A DNA stretch of 64,000 bases from assembly GCA_051294375.1 (NCBI GenBank), contig CM119267.1, forward strand, positions 16,780,606 through 16,844,605, given 5' to 3'. The translations under genes were made by a program, and so were the position numbers. This stretch comes from Paraspadella gotoi (taxonomy: Eukaryota; Animalia; Chaetognatha). This document shows positions 1 to 11,198 of this stretch, one piece after another (the stretch's first letter is position 1; each line of letters opens with the position of its first letter). The notes beneath the pieces are model-generated. The model ran no database searches. It had not been told where the DNA came from and was given only the letters and a program-made list of their open reading frames with translations.

Positions 1-80
1 CTCAATCTGCCCTCACCTTCAACCTGTCCTCACATCTGACTACTATTCTGTTTCACCACTTTGTTAGAAAAACTTTTACC

Positions 81-113
<33 letters not shown>

Positions 114-225
114 ACACTCTTCTTTTGCACAAAATTTATTATTGAATGTCATATGCTGATGAAGGCTTGAACTAAGCAAGCCGAAACATGTCCAACTATT
201 AATAAAAATATTAAACGATGTCTGT
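1..225 (+). mobile_element. 3' end (pseudo-LTR) of a Penelope-like retroelement: degenerate ORF tail, (CT)n, hammerhead
   Basis: Same layout and similar sequence as 38395-38670 (+) and 32240-32570 (-): CTCAATCTG..CTTCA.CTGT..TCAC segment, CT microsatellite, then CTGATGA..GAAACATGTC. Confidence 0.7.
154..194 (+). ncRNA. Minimal type I hammerhead ribozyme (Penelope type)
   Basis: CTGATGA-A-GGCTTG-aactaag-CAAGCC-GAAA-CATG-TC; perfect helix II, palindromic CATG helix III loop, only ~2 bp helix I. Confidence 0.8.
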
Positions 226-603
226 TAAGAAAAGCTCACTGCTCCTATACCAGATCGAAAAACTTTAATTCATTATAATGAATATGCGCACAAGTATGGA
301 CCATTTTATAGGATACCTAAGTTTTAAAAATTGAACAAAGCAAACTCCTGTAGTTATTACATAAAGTAATTGGTAAAAAATTTTTTTCAGTGATATTTTA
401 CAAAATATTTTAAATTATATATTTTTTAATATATATCAAATATTTTTTATAATATTATTTAAATAATGTTATAAATTTTTTCTTTAGATGCAGGACAATA
501 AACAATTACCTCATATTTTTAGCTCCAGAGCTTTTATAATGCAGTAATTATTATTATATAAATTATCTACTATGGTGGACTAAAATACACCAACCGTTCA
601 TCA

Positions 604-676
604 GCGGCCATTGGTGCAGGAGGCAAGTCATTCGCCTCCCAACCTAAAAGTCCGGGCTTCTAGCCCGGTGGCCGCC
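604..676 (+). promoter_or_regulatory. tRNA-derived segment in the 5' LTR of family A (Pol III A/B-box-like)
   Basis: 73 nt; acceptor-like stem GCGGCCA/TGGCCGC, A-box-like TGGTGCAGGAGG, CT-CCC-AA anticodon-like loop, T-arm CCGGG-cttctag-CCCGG (B box weaker in this copy). Confidence 0.65.
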
Positions 677-679
677 AAA

Positions 680-751
680 CAGTTAAGAGGGACGGGGCGC
701 TTAACCCGCCTGTAACACGGTGTTACAGCCTGATCCGAAGCTCAGGGACTG
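680..751 (+). ncRNA. Twister ribozyme-like fold, type P5 (5' LTR, family A)
   Basis: gagg-GA-CGG-ggcgct-TAA-ccc-GC-[P3 CTGTAACAC g GTGTTACAG]-[P4 CCTGA]-TCCGAAGC-[TCAGG]; P5 CAGT/ACTG; predicted cut T702^A703. Confidence 0.8.
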
Positions 752-977
752 CTTATATTGAACGGTTCTATCACTGTCACATAACAATAATTATTGTCTC
801 TTCATTGGTGAGCCCGACTTCCAAACGCAGCAGCAACAACAACACTTTCAGGCGACATGCCTCAACTTGGTGACGCACTTTCCACCAACAACAACAATTC
901 ACTGAAGAGACGCAAAAGACTTCTCCCTAAGGGAGGGGGGGATGTATGGTGGACTAAAATCCACCAACCGTTCATCA

Positions 978-1050
978 GCGGCCATTGGTGCAGGAGGCAA
1001 GTCATTCGCCTCCCAACCCAAAAGTCCGGGGTTCTAGCCCGGTGGCCGCC
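978..1050 (+). promoter_or_regulatory. tRNA-derived segment in the 3' LTR of family A (tRNA-Gly-like, Pol III A/B-box-like)
   Basis: GCGGCCA...TGGCCGC-C, A-box-like TGGTGCAGGAGG, B-box-like GGTTCTAGCCC; anticodon stem degenerate, so not a functional tRNA. Confidence 0.7.
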
Positions 1051-1051
1051 T

Positions 1052-1127
1052 AGCAGTTAAGAGGGACGGGGCGCTTAACCCGCCTGTAACACGGTATTAC
1101 AGCCTGATCCGAAGCTCAGGGACTGCT
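1052..1127 (+). ncRNA. Twister ribozyme-like fold, type P5 (3' LTR, family A)
   Basis: Same core as 680-751; P5 AGCAGT/ACTGCT; predicted cut T1076^A1077. Confidence 0.8.
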
Positions 1128-1629
1128 TATATTGAACGGTTCTATCTTTATCACATAACAATAATTACTGTCTCTTCACTACTTGCCTTATTCATATTAC
1201 TTTTTTAATTGATTTAATAATAATTTATTGAACAAATAGCAACCATTTTGTTCTGGCTTAATGATTCAATCGCTCAATACTTCAAATAACGAAATTTAAA
1301 TATAAAATTAATAATTATATTTTTAGTAATTTTTATATTTTTTTTAATATTTATTTATTTTATTAATGCACTTTTTTATACAAATTAAAATTGAAACAAT
1401 TTATATCTATTTAAAATATTTTTTACATAATTTTTTTAATATAATTTATTTTAAAATAAAAAAATTATCTAAAAATTAAAAAAGTGAGAAATGAGGACTC
1501 ATATAAATTGAATGTTCGGCAAAGAAAAATTGATAAAAATTGAATACAACATATAGTATCATAAATGGCAAAAACTTTTCTTTGACATTGTTATCTCAGA
1601 AATAGGATTTAATAACACAGTTCCACACA

Positions 1630-1812
1630 TTTGGTTTGGTTTAGAGTTATGGTTGATTTGGTAGTAATTAGAGTTAGGGTTGAGTAGTTTAGGGTTAATG
1701 TTGAGTAGTTTAGGGTTATGGTTAGGGTTAATGTCAGATGTTTTAAGGTTTAGATAAACAGGATAGCCGGCCATTAGGTTAGGGAAGGTACTGGCAATGG
1801 ACATTAGGGATT
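1630..1812 (-). repeat. Degenerate TTAGGG-rich repeat fragment
   Basis: GTTAGGG-like units; reverse complement of the block at ~28505-28670 (TCCCTAATGTCC..CCAGTACCTTCCCTAA). Confidence 0.7.
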
Positions 1813-1876
1813 AAAAATCAGTATTATATTTTTTAAAATTTTTTTTAATGTAATAATTATGTTATTTTATTTTTAT

Positions 1877-2006
1877 GGAGCTGGAGCCAAGCATTTTTAT
1901 TTCGGCTCCAGCTCCGGCTCCGGCTCAGGCCAGATAAAAATTCTGGCTCCGGCTCCGGCAAAAAAAGCTTGGCTCCGGCGGCTCCAGCTCCGGCTCCACA
2001 TCCCTG
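1877..2006. mobile_element. End of a DNA transposon with (GGCTCC)n subterminal repeats
   Basis: GGCTCC/AGCTCC hexamer arrays ending in TCCACATCCCTG; related end at 12010-12187 (TCCACAACCCTG). Superfamily not determined. Confidence 0.6.
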
Positions 2007-2784
2007 CAGGGTAGTGAATCAAAACTTACTTTATAAGCAAAAAGTTATTGATTATCTTTTTATAATACACTAAAATAATCACTGATGTTTTCTGTTGCTG
2101 ATATAGGTTTTATTTTTATCATGCTCATACAATACGCTGCGCTACTAAAAAGAATGCAACATTGGTCGAATTTGCTCTAAGCCAGTTTAGAGCTTAAAAC
2201 CACTACTAAATATGTTAATGTTTCCTAGCAGTATGTTATATTATTAAGGAGGTTATTAAGAATTGGAATAACTACTATTCTAAGTCAGGAAATCGTGCGC
2301 TCAAGCCCGAGTTGAATATGGCCATTTATAAGGATGCTGCAGGTAGCAATTGTAACATACTCAAAACCAACAATATGCACGCTAGTAGCTCATTTCTATG
2401 CTAAAAGGAAATTTTATTGTTGTATACAGCTAAAAAAAATAAAGATTTCAGCTGCAGCAACATTTTAATTTTTGACTGAATGATTTTCGGGTCTGATAAT
2501 ATCCCCATCTAATTCCCCTAAACTGAGCTAAGTAAGGCGTTTTAAAGGGGAGAACCATATGACTTTCAACCAAAATATCAATGGCATAGGGTAAACTGTC
2601 TCCGAGCTGTGGCTCAATTTTTCAGAAGTTTTTGCAGCAGTGCTTGTCGCATTGCCTTAATAGTTAGAACAAGGTCTGTTTAAGAATCTTCAATTAATTT
2701 TTTTTTCTTTAAATGCACCCAATGCGTCACAAAATAAAAAAAAAGAAGTGATACGGATTTTCTAAGTTTTGAATCACTACCCTG
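2007..2784. mobile_element. Non-autonomous TIR DNA transposon (Tc1/mariner-like)
   Basis: 22-bp TIRs CAGGGTAGTGAATCAAAACTTA / TAAGTTTTGAATCACTACCCTG (1 mismatch); TA on the right flank only; no intact ORF. Confidence 0.75.
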
Positions 2785-2970
2785 TAATAAATCAATTTAA
2801 CTTTATTATACCTGAACAACAAACAGCTTGAACACCTTAATTTATGAAACCTATTTTTAAGGCTTTATTTTCCATTCTATTTATATATTTTATACTTCTC
2901 ATTGTTTCTAATGGCAAGCAAAGACTAAATTAATATGTACAAACAGAAACAGCAAATCTAAGTAAAAATA

Positions 2971-3929
2971 CATGGTGACAATTTTACAAGCGCCGGTAGA
3001 AATATGCTGTCATTTGCAAACCAGTGGTTATTTCATTGATTTTAAATATTAGTTGAGTAGAAAATACTAAAACTATTTATGTGTTAAAATTTTATATTGA
3101 TCAGTTAAGATATGCCTTGACTATGAGTGGAGAAAGTTGGCTTGTAAAATCGGTTTTTTTTTATCCAACTCACTGTTTTTAAATTCAATTTTTTTTAACT
3201 TTTAACACTTTTTTAAACAAAGTATTTATTAAAATATTAACAATATTAATATCCTCAGAAAGCCCTTAAAAATATGAAGAGAATGATATACTTACAAAAG
3301 CTCTAACATAAAAAGTGAGCTGCCCAGCCTTGGTTCAATTAAGAGTGTCAAAAGTGAATTATTTAAAATTTTAAATCTTTTTTCAAAATAAATGACCTGT
3401 TTAAAGTATTATAACATAAAATATTATTATTTATATAAGTATCATGAAAAAGCCTGAGAAAAAAGGATTTAAGATAGCCAATCACAATTTGATAAATATC
3501 ATAAATTTATTCTTTAACTATTGATTTTTAAAAAGATGTCTCATTTTTGAGTATCCTAATTAAATTAAAGCTGGGCCAGTTAAATTTTATACTACAGTAT
3601 TTGTAAGTACGTCATTCTTTTTAGATTTGAAAGGGCTTTCAGAAGATAATAAAATTAATATTATTTTATTTTAAATTTTTTTAGAAAACTTACTGAAAGT
3701 AAGAGAAAAAAATTGAATCTAAAAAAAGTGAGTTGGAAAATAAAACCCGATTTTACAAGCCAACTTTCTCCACTCATTGTCAAGGCATATCTTAACTGAT
3801 CAATGTAAAATTTTAACACATAAATAGTTTCAGTATTTTCTACCCAACTAAATTTTAAAATCAATGAAATAATCATTGGTTTGCAAATGACAGCGTATTT
3901 CTACCGGCGCTTGTAAATTTGTCACCATG
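2971..3929. mobile_element. Long-TIR foldback MITE with TA target duplication
   Basis: TA|CATGGTGACAA...TTGTCACCATG|TA; arms closely matching over ~190 bp and recognisable over ~380 bp. Confidence 0.9.
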
Positions 3930-4188
3930 TAATTGTCCGAAGAACTACAATAAATTTATATCTTATTCTTTTTCTGTTCTAACGCTGTTTGGCAATATTA
4001 TTCAATATGCCAACATCACCATTCCATCTTTTATTTCAAATGGTCATCGTGTGGAAGACCACAACATAGGGTGTAAATGGTTTATTGCGACGCAATACAA
4101 TGATATAAAAAGGCGAATAAATAATGATTACAGAGAGGAGAGACAAAACGATGTTACGGGATGAAAGGTTGAATTGGTTCTCTCGTGG

Positions 4189-4887
4189 CTACGGCCACGA
4201 CCGAAGAAACCCGTAGAAGCCCGGAACGACGAGACCAATGACCTGAGGTCTCAGGTCATGTGGCCGTTTAGGGAAAAGAGAGAGAGAGTCGAGGTAGCTC
4301 GGCCTCATCCCCCCCTCAAGTCGCGTCTCTGGAAAGAGGCGCGGCTGACCACACTGTTGCCGTGTCCATGAATTGAAAAAGGGTGCTTTGGCACAAAAGA
4401 GTCGCTGCTGATGCACAAAGTTTGTCAAGTCCAAATCCATGAGACGAGGAATAACGGGAGGGTGATAGCTACTGTGGTTTTGGCGTCGTCTGTGGCGTCT
4501 GCCACGGCGTTTTTGCCGTCTTCCACTCATTGCTGTTGTAGCAGAGGCTTGTTCACATTCTGCAGCCCTTTTTGTGGACGTGTTGGCCGACAATTCTGAG
4601 GTTATTTCCTCAGGAATTTCGTAGTTGGCGTCAATGAAAACGCTGTCATCAATATCGCCACAGTCATTGGGAACAGAGGTGGATGATGGCGACGATATTA
4701 ATGATGGAGACCTTGTTTGTCTTGTCGATTTTGTCGTAAGATAAAGGTGAAAAAAAATAGAAAAAGAGTGAAGTAATAAAAAGGGGTAAAGGAACGAAAA
4801 TTTTGAGCAAATAATTATTAAAATAGTTGGAAATAACAGAGGTAGAATAAAAAGTAAGAAAAAAATAGAAAAAGGAGCAAATTTCAT
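4189..4887 (-). CDS. Possible 232-aa ORF inside the LTR element (hydrophobic N-terminus, acidic middle, Arg-rich patch)
   Basis: ATG start, sense to the element, runs into the 3' LTR; no recognisable domain and the hydrophobic part may just reflect T-rich DNA. Confidence 0.25.
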   Translation of the reverse strand: MKFAPFSIFFLLFILPLLFPTILIIICSKFSFLYPFLLLHSFSIFFHLYLTTKSTRQTRSPSLISSPSSTSVPNDCGDIDDSVFIDANYEIPEEITSELSANTSTKRAAECEQASATTAMSGRRQKRRGRRHRRRQNHSSYHPPVIPRLMDLDLTNFVHQQRLFCAKAPFFNSWTRQQCGQPRLFPETRLEGGMRPSYLDSLSLFPKRPHDLRPQVIGLVVPGFYGFLRSWP

Positions 4888-6600
4888 ATTTGAATTATTA
4901 GAAAAAGCGTTAAGGTTTTTTTTTCATTGTAGAAATTATTTTTGAGCATTGAAGGAGAATCGGGGGGCATTGAAGGAGTTTTGATTCTTTAGAGCATCAA
5001 TAAAAACGTCAGATTCGGTCTGCCAGAATCAGAGCGAGGCTGATGCCACGAGCTTTTTGGATACGCAAATTGACGAAGGTGTCGGCGATAGTTTTGGTAG
5101 AGATAAGTTTTTCTCGGCGTCTTCTTGCTTTGCTCGTCAACGGCGTCGTAGTAAACGTCGGGAAAAGAAAACGCTGAGGGCGACTCAACCAGTGTTGGAG
5201 TTTTTGGCAGAGAGATTTGTCCAGAGAGGGTTTTGGTAATGTTAGGTGGAGGATTTATATATTCTCCAGAGTAGATTGGTGACCGCGACACCGAGATAGG
5301 GACTTAAATTGGAGGTGTGAAAAAGGAGTCTTTTTTGGAGGGGACATGGAAACGAGAACGGCGAATCGCCCTTGTGAATGCAAGGCTGATGGGTGAATCC
5401 TCGCTTTCACAAAGAATGTATTTTTTACTAAAAGCGGTAAGATTCAAACAAGTTCCAATTCATCCATTTTTCTTGTTTATGTGGAGAAGTAGGATACTTA
5501 GTTGGGAGGTTGGATGGCAATATTGTAAACATTTTTAAAGTTTTTTTTAAGGACAGGAAGGTTTTTAAGAGGCTTTTTTTTATATAGTGTTTTTCACAGA
5601 AGGATTTTTGGGCGTGTTCTCGTCGGGCGATGTGTGCGAAACCCTATATTATGCAACTGATAGAGAGACCTTGTTTGATCTTGGTCCGGATTTGTCGTAA
5701 GATAAAGATGAAAAAAGAATAGAAAAAAGAGTGGAAGTAAATAAAAGGGGTAAAGGAACGAAAAAATTTTGAGCAAATATATTATTAAAATAAGTTTGGA
5801 AATAACAGAGTAGAATAAAAAGTAAGAAAAACAAATAGAAAAAAGAGGCAAATTTCATATTTGAATTATTAGAAAAAGCGTTAAGGTTTTTTTTCACATT
5901 GTAGGAATATTTTTTTGAGCATTGAAGGAGAATCGGGGGCATTGAAGGAGTTTGATTCTTTAGAGAATCAATAAAAACGTCAGATTCGCTGGCTGCCAGA
6001 ATCATGAGCTGAGGCTGATGCCGACGAGCTTTTTGGATACCGCAAATTGACGAAGGTGTCGGGCGATAGTTTGGTAGAGATAAGTTTTTCTCGCGTCTTC
6101 TTGCTTTGCTCGTCAACGGCGTCGTAGTAAACGTGGGAAAAGAAAACGCTGAGGCACTCACCAGTGTTGGAGTTTTTGGCAGAGAGATTTGTCCAGAGAG
6201 GGTTTTGGTAATGTTAGGTGGAGGATTTATATATTCTCCGAGAATAGATTGGTGACCGCGAGCACGGAAGATAGGACTTAAATTGGAGGTACTGAAAAGG
6301 AGTCTTTTTTGGAGGGGACATGGAAACGAGACGGCGGCGAATCGCCCTTGTGAATGCAAGGCTGATGGGTGAATCCTGCGCTTTCACAAAGAATGTATTT
6401 TTTACTAAGGCGGAAGATTCAAACAAGTTCCAATTCATCCATTTTTCTGTTTATGTGGAGAAGTAGGATCAGCTGAGTTGGAGGTTGATGGCAAATATTG
6501 TAACACATTTTTAAATGTTTTTTTCAAGGACAGGAAGGTTTTTAGAGGCTTTTTTATATAGTGTTTTTTCACAGAAGGATTTTTGGGGCGTGTTCTAGTC
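4705..6600. repeat. Tandem duplication of ~930 bp of the LTR element interior
   Basis: 4705-5630 matches 5663-6600, differing largely by scattered 1-bp indels. Confidence 0.85.
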
Positions 6601-7367
6601 GGGCTCACCAATGTGGAAGACCACGACATAGGTGTAAACGGTTTATTCGCGAGGCAATACAATAATATAAAAAGGCGAATAACTAATGAATTACAGAGCG
6701 GAGAGACAAAACGATGTTACGGGATGAAAGGTTTGAATTGGTTGTCTCTGGTGGCTAACGGCCACAACCGAAGAAACCCGTTGGTCGNNNNNNNNNNNNN
6801 NNNNNNNNNNNNTTAGGGAAAAGAGAGAGAGAGTCGAGGTAGCTCGGCCTCAATCGTTATATTTTCATTTAACAAACCTTATGATTGAAATGAATGGTTG
6901 AGTAAATTAGTAAAACAATTTTGTTTGTTACCTTTGCTAACCACACTTTTTAGATACAGCTCATTTTTCAAAATATAGAATCATTCTTAGAAATTGATTT
7001 AAAATCGAATCCAAATTATCATTTGCATATTGCAGTATTTAATTTATTTCAAAATGTTAAGCCGTGACTAGGTAAAATATTTTTGCCTTTAAAAATTAAA
7101 TATTCCTAAATTTGTTTTAAATTGCTACATAGTGACACATTTACAATTTTGTTGAATAATTTTGTAAAATAATAATGTAGATTTAAATTTGGTGACAAAT
7201 ATAAACTTAGTTAACAAATGAAAAGGTCACTGCGGCGCAACACATTGGATGGACCGATCTTGTTTTGTTTATTCAACGATTTTATTTTGAAAGAGAGAAA
7301 AAGAAAAATTTTTCTACTTTAGATGTTAGTCTTCATTAGTGCAAAAATTAATAAATGATTTGTTAAA

Positions 7368-8340
7368 TTTTGCTTATCAGCAAATCCCGACTCTATAATT
7401 CACTTTGTCGGTCCGTCGGTCCGCCCCTCAATATTGTCAGAACATCGAATTATGATAAATTATGCAAAAAAAAATGATGTCTGTCCATCCGTCTGTCCGT
7501 CCGTCCGTCCGTCCGTCCCACCTTAGCAAAAAACACCAATTACTCGTGATTGGATGGATGGATTTGAATGAAATTTTGTGTGTGGGTAGGGAAGTGTGTG
7601 ATTGAGCTGGATATCAAGTTTTGATGGAATCGTCCGAGTAGAAATGAGTTTAAATGGAAAAAAAAATATAATTCACTATTTGAACACCAAATGTATATGC
7701 AGGATGTATTAATAAATCAAATACTTAATCAGTTAGTTAATCAATTAGTCAATTAATTAATCAATAATTAATTAATCAGTCAATCAATTCGTCCATCCGT
7801 CCCACCTTAGCAAAAAGCTCCAATAACTCGTGATTGGCTGGTTGGATTGGAATGAAATTTTGTGTGTGGGTAGGAAAGTGTGTGATAAAGCTGGATATAA
7901 AGTTTTGATGGAATTGTGTGAGTGGAAATGAGTTTAAGTGGAAAAAACATAAGTCGCATTTACTAAAATATTTTTACTTATTTTAACCAATAAATACTCT
8001 AATTAATCATAATTGGATGGATAGATTGAGTTCAAATTTTGTGTGTGGGTAGGAAAATGTGTGACGAAGCTTGATATAAAGTTTTGGTGGAAACGTACGA
8101 GTGGAAATGAGTTTAAATGAAAAAAATATGAGTCACATTTACTTGAATCTTTTTACTTATTTTAACCCATAATAGATTGAGATGAAATTTTGTGAGCGGG
8201 TAAGAAGAATCTATATATAAAGTTTTGACGGAATTGTGCCAGTGGAAATGAGTTTAAATGGAAAAAACATAAGTCACATTTACTTGAATCTTTATTATTT
8301 ATGATTACTAATAAATGTTTTAATTAATTAATTAATTAAT
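7368..8340 (+). mobile_element. DINE-1/Helentron-like (HINE) repeat with internal tandem units
   Basis: Same family as 17008-17757; (CCGT)n microsatellite and repeated GAAATTTTGTGTGTGGGTAGG blocks; further piece at 9028-9260. Confidence 0.7.
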
Positions 8341-8451
8341 GTGAAAAAATGATGCAATTTAAAAAAATGATGCAAGTTGAAAAAATGATGCAAGCAGAAA
8401 AAATGATGCAAGTTAAAAAATCTTAAAAGCATAAGGATCGTCGCAATTGCA

Positions 8452-8517
<66 letters not shown>

Positions 8518-9698
8518 TTGCGATAGCAAAATGACAACATGCACGAATGCGATGCCTGATTTTACGAGTTTAATCCTAATTCAATTTTTTTTTAAATAAA
8601 AATAGGGAAGTCTGGCGTAAAGCGTCCGAGATAAAAATTAGCGAATAAAAAAGTTGTTATTTTACTCACTGAATAAAAATACTTAAAATACTTACAAAAT
8701 ACATAAAATTGATAAAATTATTATTCCGATAACATTGTCCAATCACATGCAATATATTTAGTAAGGCGGGCCAAAATTGAACACTTTTTATAACTTCTAG
8801 TTCTCTCAAAAAAATTTCTACTACTAAATCGATTTTCAATATAACTTTTTGAATTAGTTCATTGGGTTGTTGCACAGAAGCTTTTAAATATTTATTAATA
8901 TATAACAAATGATAAAAAAAAATTTTAAATTTGATTTTTTTAAGAATGGATTCTTGTAGAGCTTAAAAAGTTAAATAAAAGTTTGTACTATAATTTTTTT
9001 TAATTTTGTCAATAAATTAGTTAAAAATGAAAAATATGAGTCACATTTACTTGAATCTTTTTACTTATTTTAACCCATAATAGATTGAGATGAAATTTTG
9101 TGAGCGGGTAGGAAAGTGTGTGAAGAAGCTAGATATAAAGTTTTGACGGAATTGTGCCAGTGGAAATGAGTTTAAATAGAAAAAACACATTTACTTGAAT
9201 CTTTAATATTAATGATTACTAATTAATATTTTAATTAATTAATTTATTAATTAATTAATTAATGTGAAAAAATGATGGAATTTAAGAAAATTATGCAAGT
9301 TTAAAAAATGATGCAAGTTAAAAATCTTAAAAGCATAAAGTGGTCGCAATTGCATAAAAAGAGAGAGAGAGAGTGAAAGAGAGAGAGAGAGAGAAGGGAG
9401 GCATCACGCATAAAAGGGGTTAAATCTTTTCGCATCGTAGTAAACATAAAGATTCGGAATCTTCTTTACGGTTTTTTTAAATTTCAGAATTTTTTTTCCA
9501 GGATTATTTTTTCTATAATTTTTTCCCTGTAAATTTTGTTAAAAGAATATTCCTAATTACTAAGGCTTTTTTAAATAATCTATACAAAATATCGAGATAT
9601 GGTTTATTTCTTTAAACCTTTTCATCTCAAAATTCAAGCATTGCTAGGTAAGAACGAAAGAATAAAGGAGATGAAGGCAGATGAGTAGGTGAAATATC

Positions 9699-9750
<52 letters not shown>

Positions 9751-10605
9751 AGAAAAGGAAGAGTGGTTGCAGTTATTGAAGAGAACGAATTTTTGAGAGA
9801 GGTCGCATGTTGAGCTGCACAAGAGACTTTGCAGGTATAGGTTGCAGCCATCAAACCAGAAGTCATCAAGATATAGCGGTGAACTAAAATATTTATGATA
9901 AAAAGACAGAGAAAATCAAAAAAGAAAAGTAAAAAACAGTTAAATGCTTTCTTAAAGTATTCTCAGAAAGAACTGTTCTGCACATCGTGCGGGCATACGT
10001 AGACATATCCATGAATTTCATAACACATTGAAAGCTCTTTTCACTCCTCTTGAATTCGCCGTATGCGAACTGGAAAAATTTGGTTCAGGGAAACTCAATA
10101 AAATGAAGAAAAGATCACTTAATTCGCGAATTCCAACGCGTAAACGTTAAACTTTCCTTTTCGGTTTTACCCCGTTTTATGCGTGATGAGACATAAAATA
10201 AATAGAGGATATTTGTTTGTTTGATAAAATGTAAACAAAACATATTAATAACTGGTCCTGACCATTTTAAGGACATCGTGATGAAAAGCTGAATATAAAT
10301 TATATAATTAATTATTAAATATTAAAATTAGATTAATTAATTAATTATCGTAGGCAGATCCGACATTGTTTGCTCAAACTTGTTTTACAAAGTATAAGGT
10401 TGTGTGTGTGAAAGTAAGAGAGAAAGAGAGAGAGAGAGGGGGGTTTCAAACAAAAATTAAGAAAAGACAGTGGGAGGTTAGAGACAAGTTAAGAATAAGT
10501 AGAGAAGAGTGAGGGAGAGTGAAAGAGAGATAGTTGAGATAAGTTAATATATATTAACATTTTAAGTTTGCAAACATTAATATTTTAAATAATAAATTGT
10601 GAAGG

Positions 10606-11198
10606 TGTAGTGGTAGTATTTCATACCTGCTACTCGTCCGAAAATCAGAAGCACCTATGGCGCCGGAGTTAGTATGAGCTCCCAACCCAAAGGACTCGCG
10701 TTCGCGCCCTGCTGATTCACACAAGTAAAAGCGGATGGGTTGTCTAACCCACCTGTAGTGACAGAGTAAGCCCGAATCAGAATTTCGGGACCTGTGTGCA
10801 ACGAATAGTGAACTGCTAGCGGCATCATCTTCCACATTGGTGAGCCCACACGATACGCTGGCACGTTAATACACCTCTGCCTGGGCAGGTTAACACACCT
10901 CTTGCCTCAACCATCGTGCGTGAAGACAGGAGCAGGAATAGGCAGCCCCTCCTAGAGTGCTCGGGCACAATGCTATACATCATAACATCTCACTTGCGTG
11001 AGTGTGTGATACCTAGGGGGGGGTGTGTAGCGGTTGTATTTCATACCCTGCTACTGTCCGAGAATCAGCAGCACCTATGGCGCCGGAGGTAGCATGAGCT
11101 CCTCCCAATCCAAATGACTCGGGTTCGGCGCTGTGATTCACACAAGTAAAAGAGGGACGGGGCGTCTAATCCACCTGTAGTGACAGACTACAGCCCGA
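10606..11198 (+). mobile_element. Second TRIM (family D), 3' LTR truncated; degenerate tRNA-like module and twister fold
   Basis: 5' LTR TGTAG...TTCCACA 10606-10836; PBS TGGTGAGCCC from 10838; PPT AGGGGGGGG 11015-11023; 3' LTR from 11026, similarity ends ~11198; shares CTCCCAACCCAAA and AGAGGGACGGGGCG with family A. Confidence 0.88.
10718..10798 (+). ncRNA. Degenerate twister-like fold (family D 5' LTR); partial second copy 11139-11198
   Basis: GA-TGG-gttgtc-TAA-ccc-AC-P3-CCCGA-atcagaatt-TCGGG, P5 CACACA/TGTGTG; L4 deviates from consensus. The 3' copy has intact GA-CGG-ggcgtc-TAA-tcc-AC-CTGTAGT gacag ACTACAG-CCCGA then breaks off. Confidence 0.55.

Larger units (their letters stand above)
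571..1178 (+). mobile_element. Miniature non-autonomous LTR retrotransposon (TRIM family A) with tRNA-like module and twister fold in each LTR
   Basis: 234-bp direct repeats 571-804 and 945-1178; PBS TGGTGAGCCCGAC 806-818; PPT AAGGGAGGGGGGGA 929-942; 4-bp TSD CTAC (567-570, 1179-1182); empty site in the paralogous MITE at 31617-31620. Confidence 0.95.
226..1630. mobile_element. Truncated copy of the Tc1/mariner-type MITE at 31250-32783, interrupted by the LTR element at 571-1178
   Basis: Colinear similarity to 31275-31730 and 32590-32740 (e.g. CTCCTATAC.AGATCGAAAAACTT, CTTTGACATTGTTATC); TIRs missing. Confidence 0.75.
4050..6852 (-). mobile_element. Non-autonomous LTR retrotransposon (2.8 kb, no gag/pol recognised)
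   Basis: LTRs 6852-6612 (partly gapped) and 4307-4050, TG...CA on minus; PBS TGGTGAGCCCGAC (plus 6598-6610); PPT (plus 4308-4317); TSD ATCG at 4046-4049 and 6853-6856; AATAAA in LTR. Confidence 0.9.

Noticed and set aside
604-676. Functional tRNA-Gly gene (also 978-1050 and 27383-27455)
   Set aside because: Anticodon and D stems do not pair and the sequences are LTR-internal; treated as tRNA-derived modules.
900-930. CTGAAGA hammerhead core in the TRIM interior
   Set aside because: No helix II followed by GAAA, and no cleavage triplet context.
4705-6600. Internal tandem duplication as a biological novelty
   Set aside because: Copies differ largely by scattered 1-bp indels near a gap, typical of noisy long-read gap filling; needs read support.
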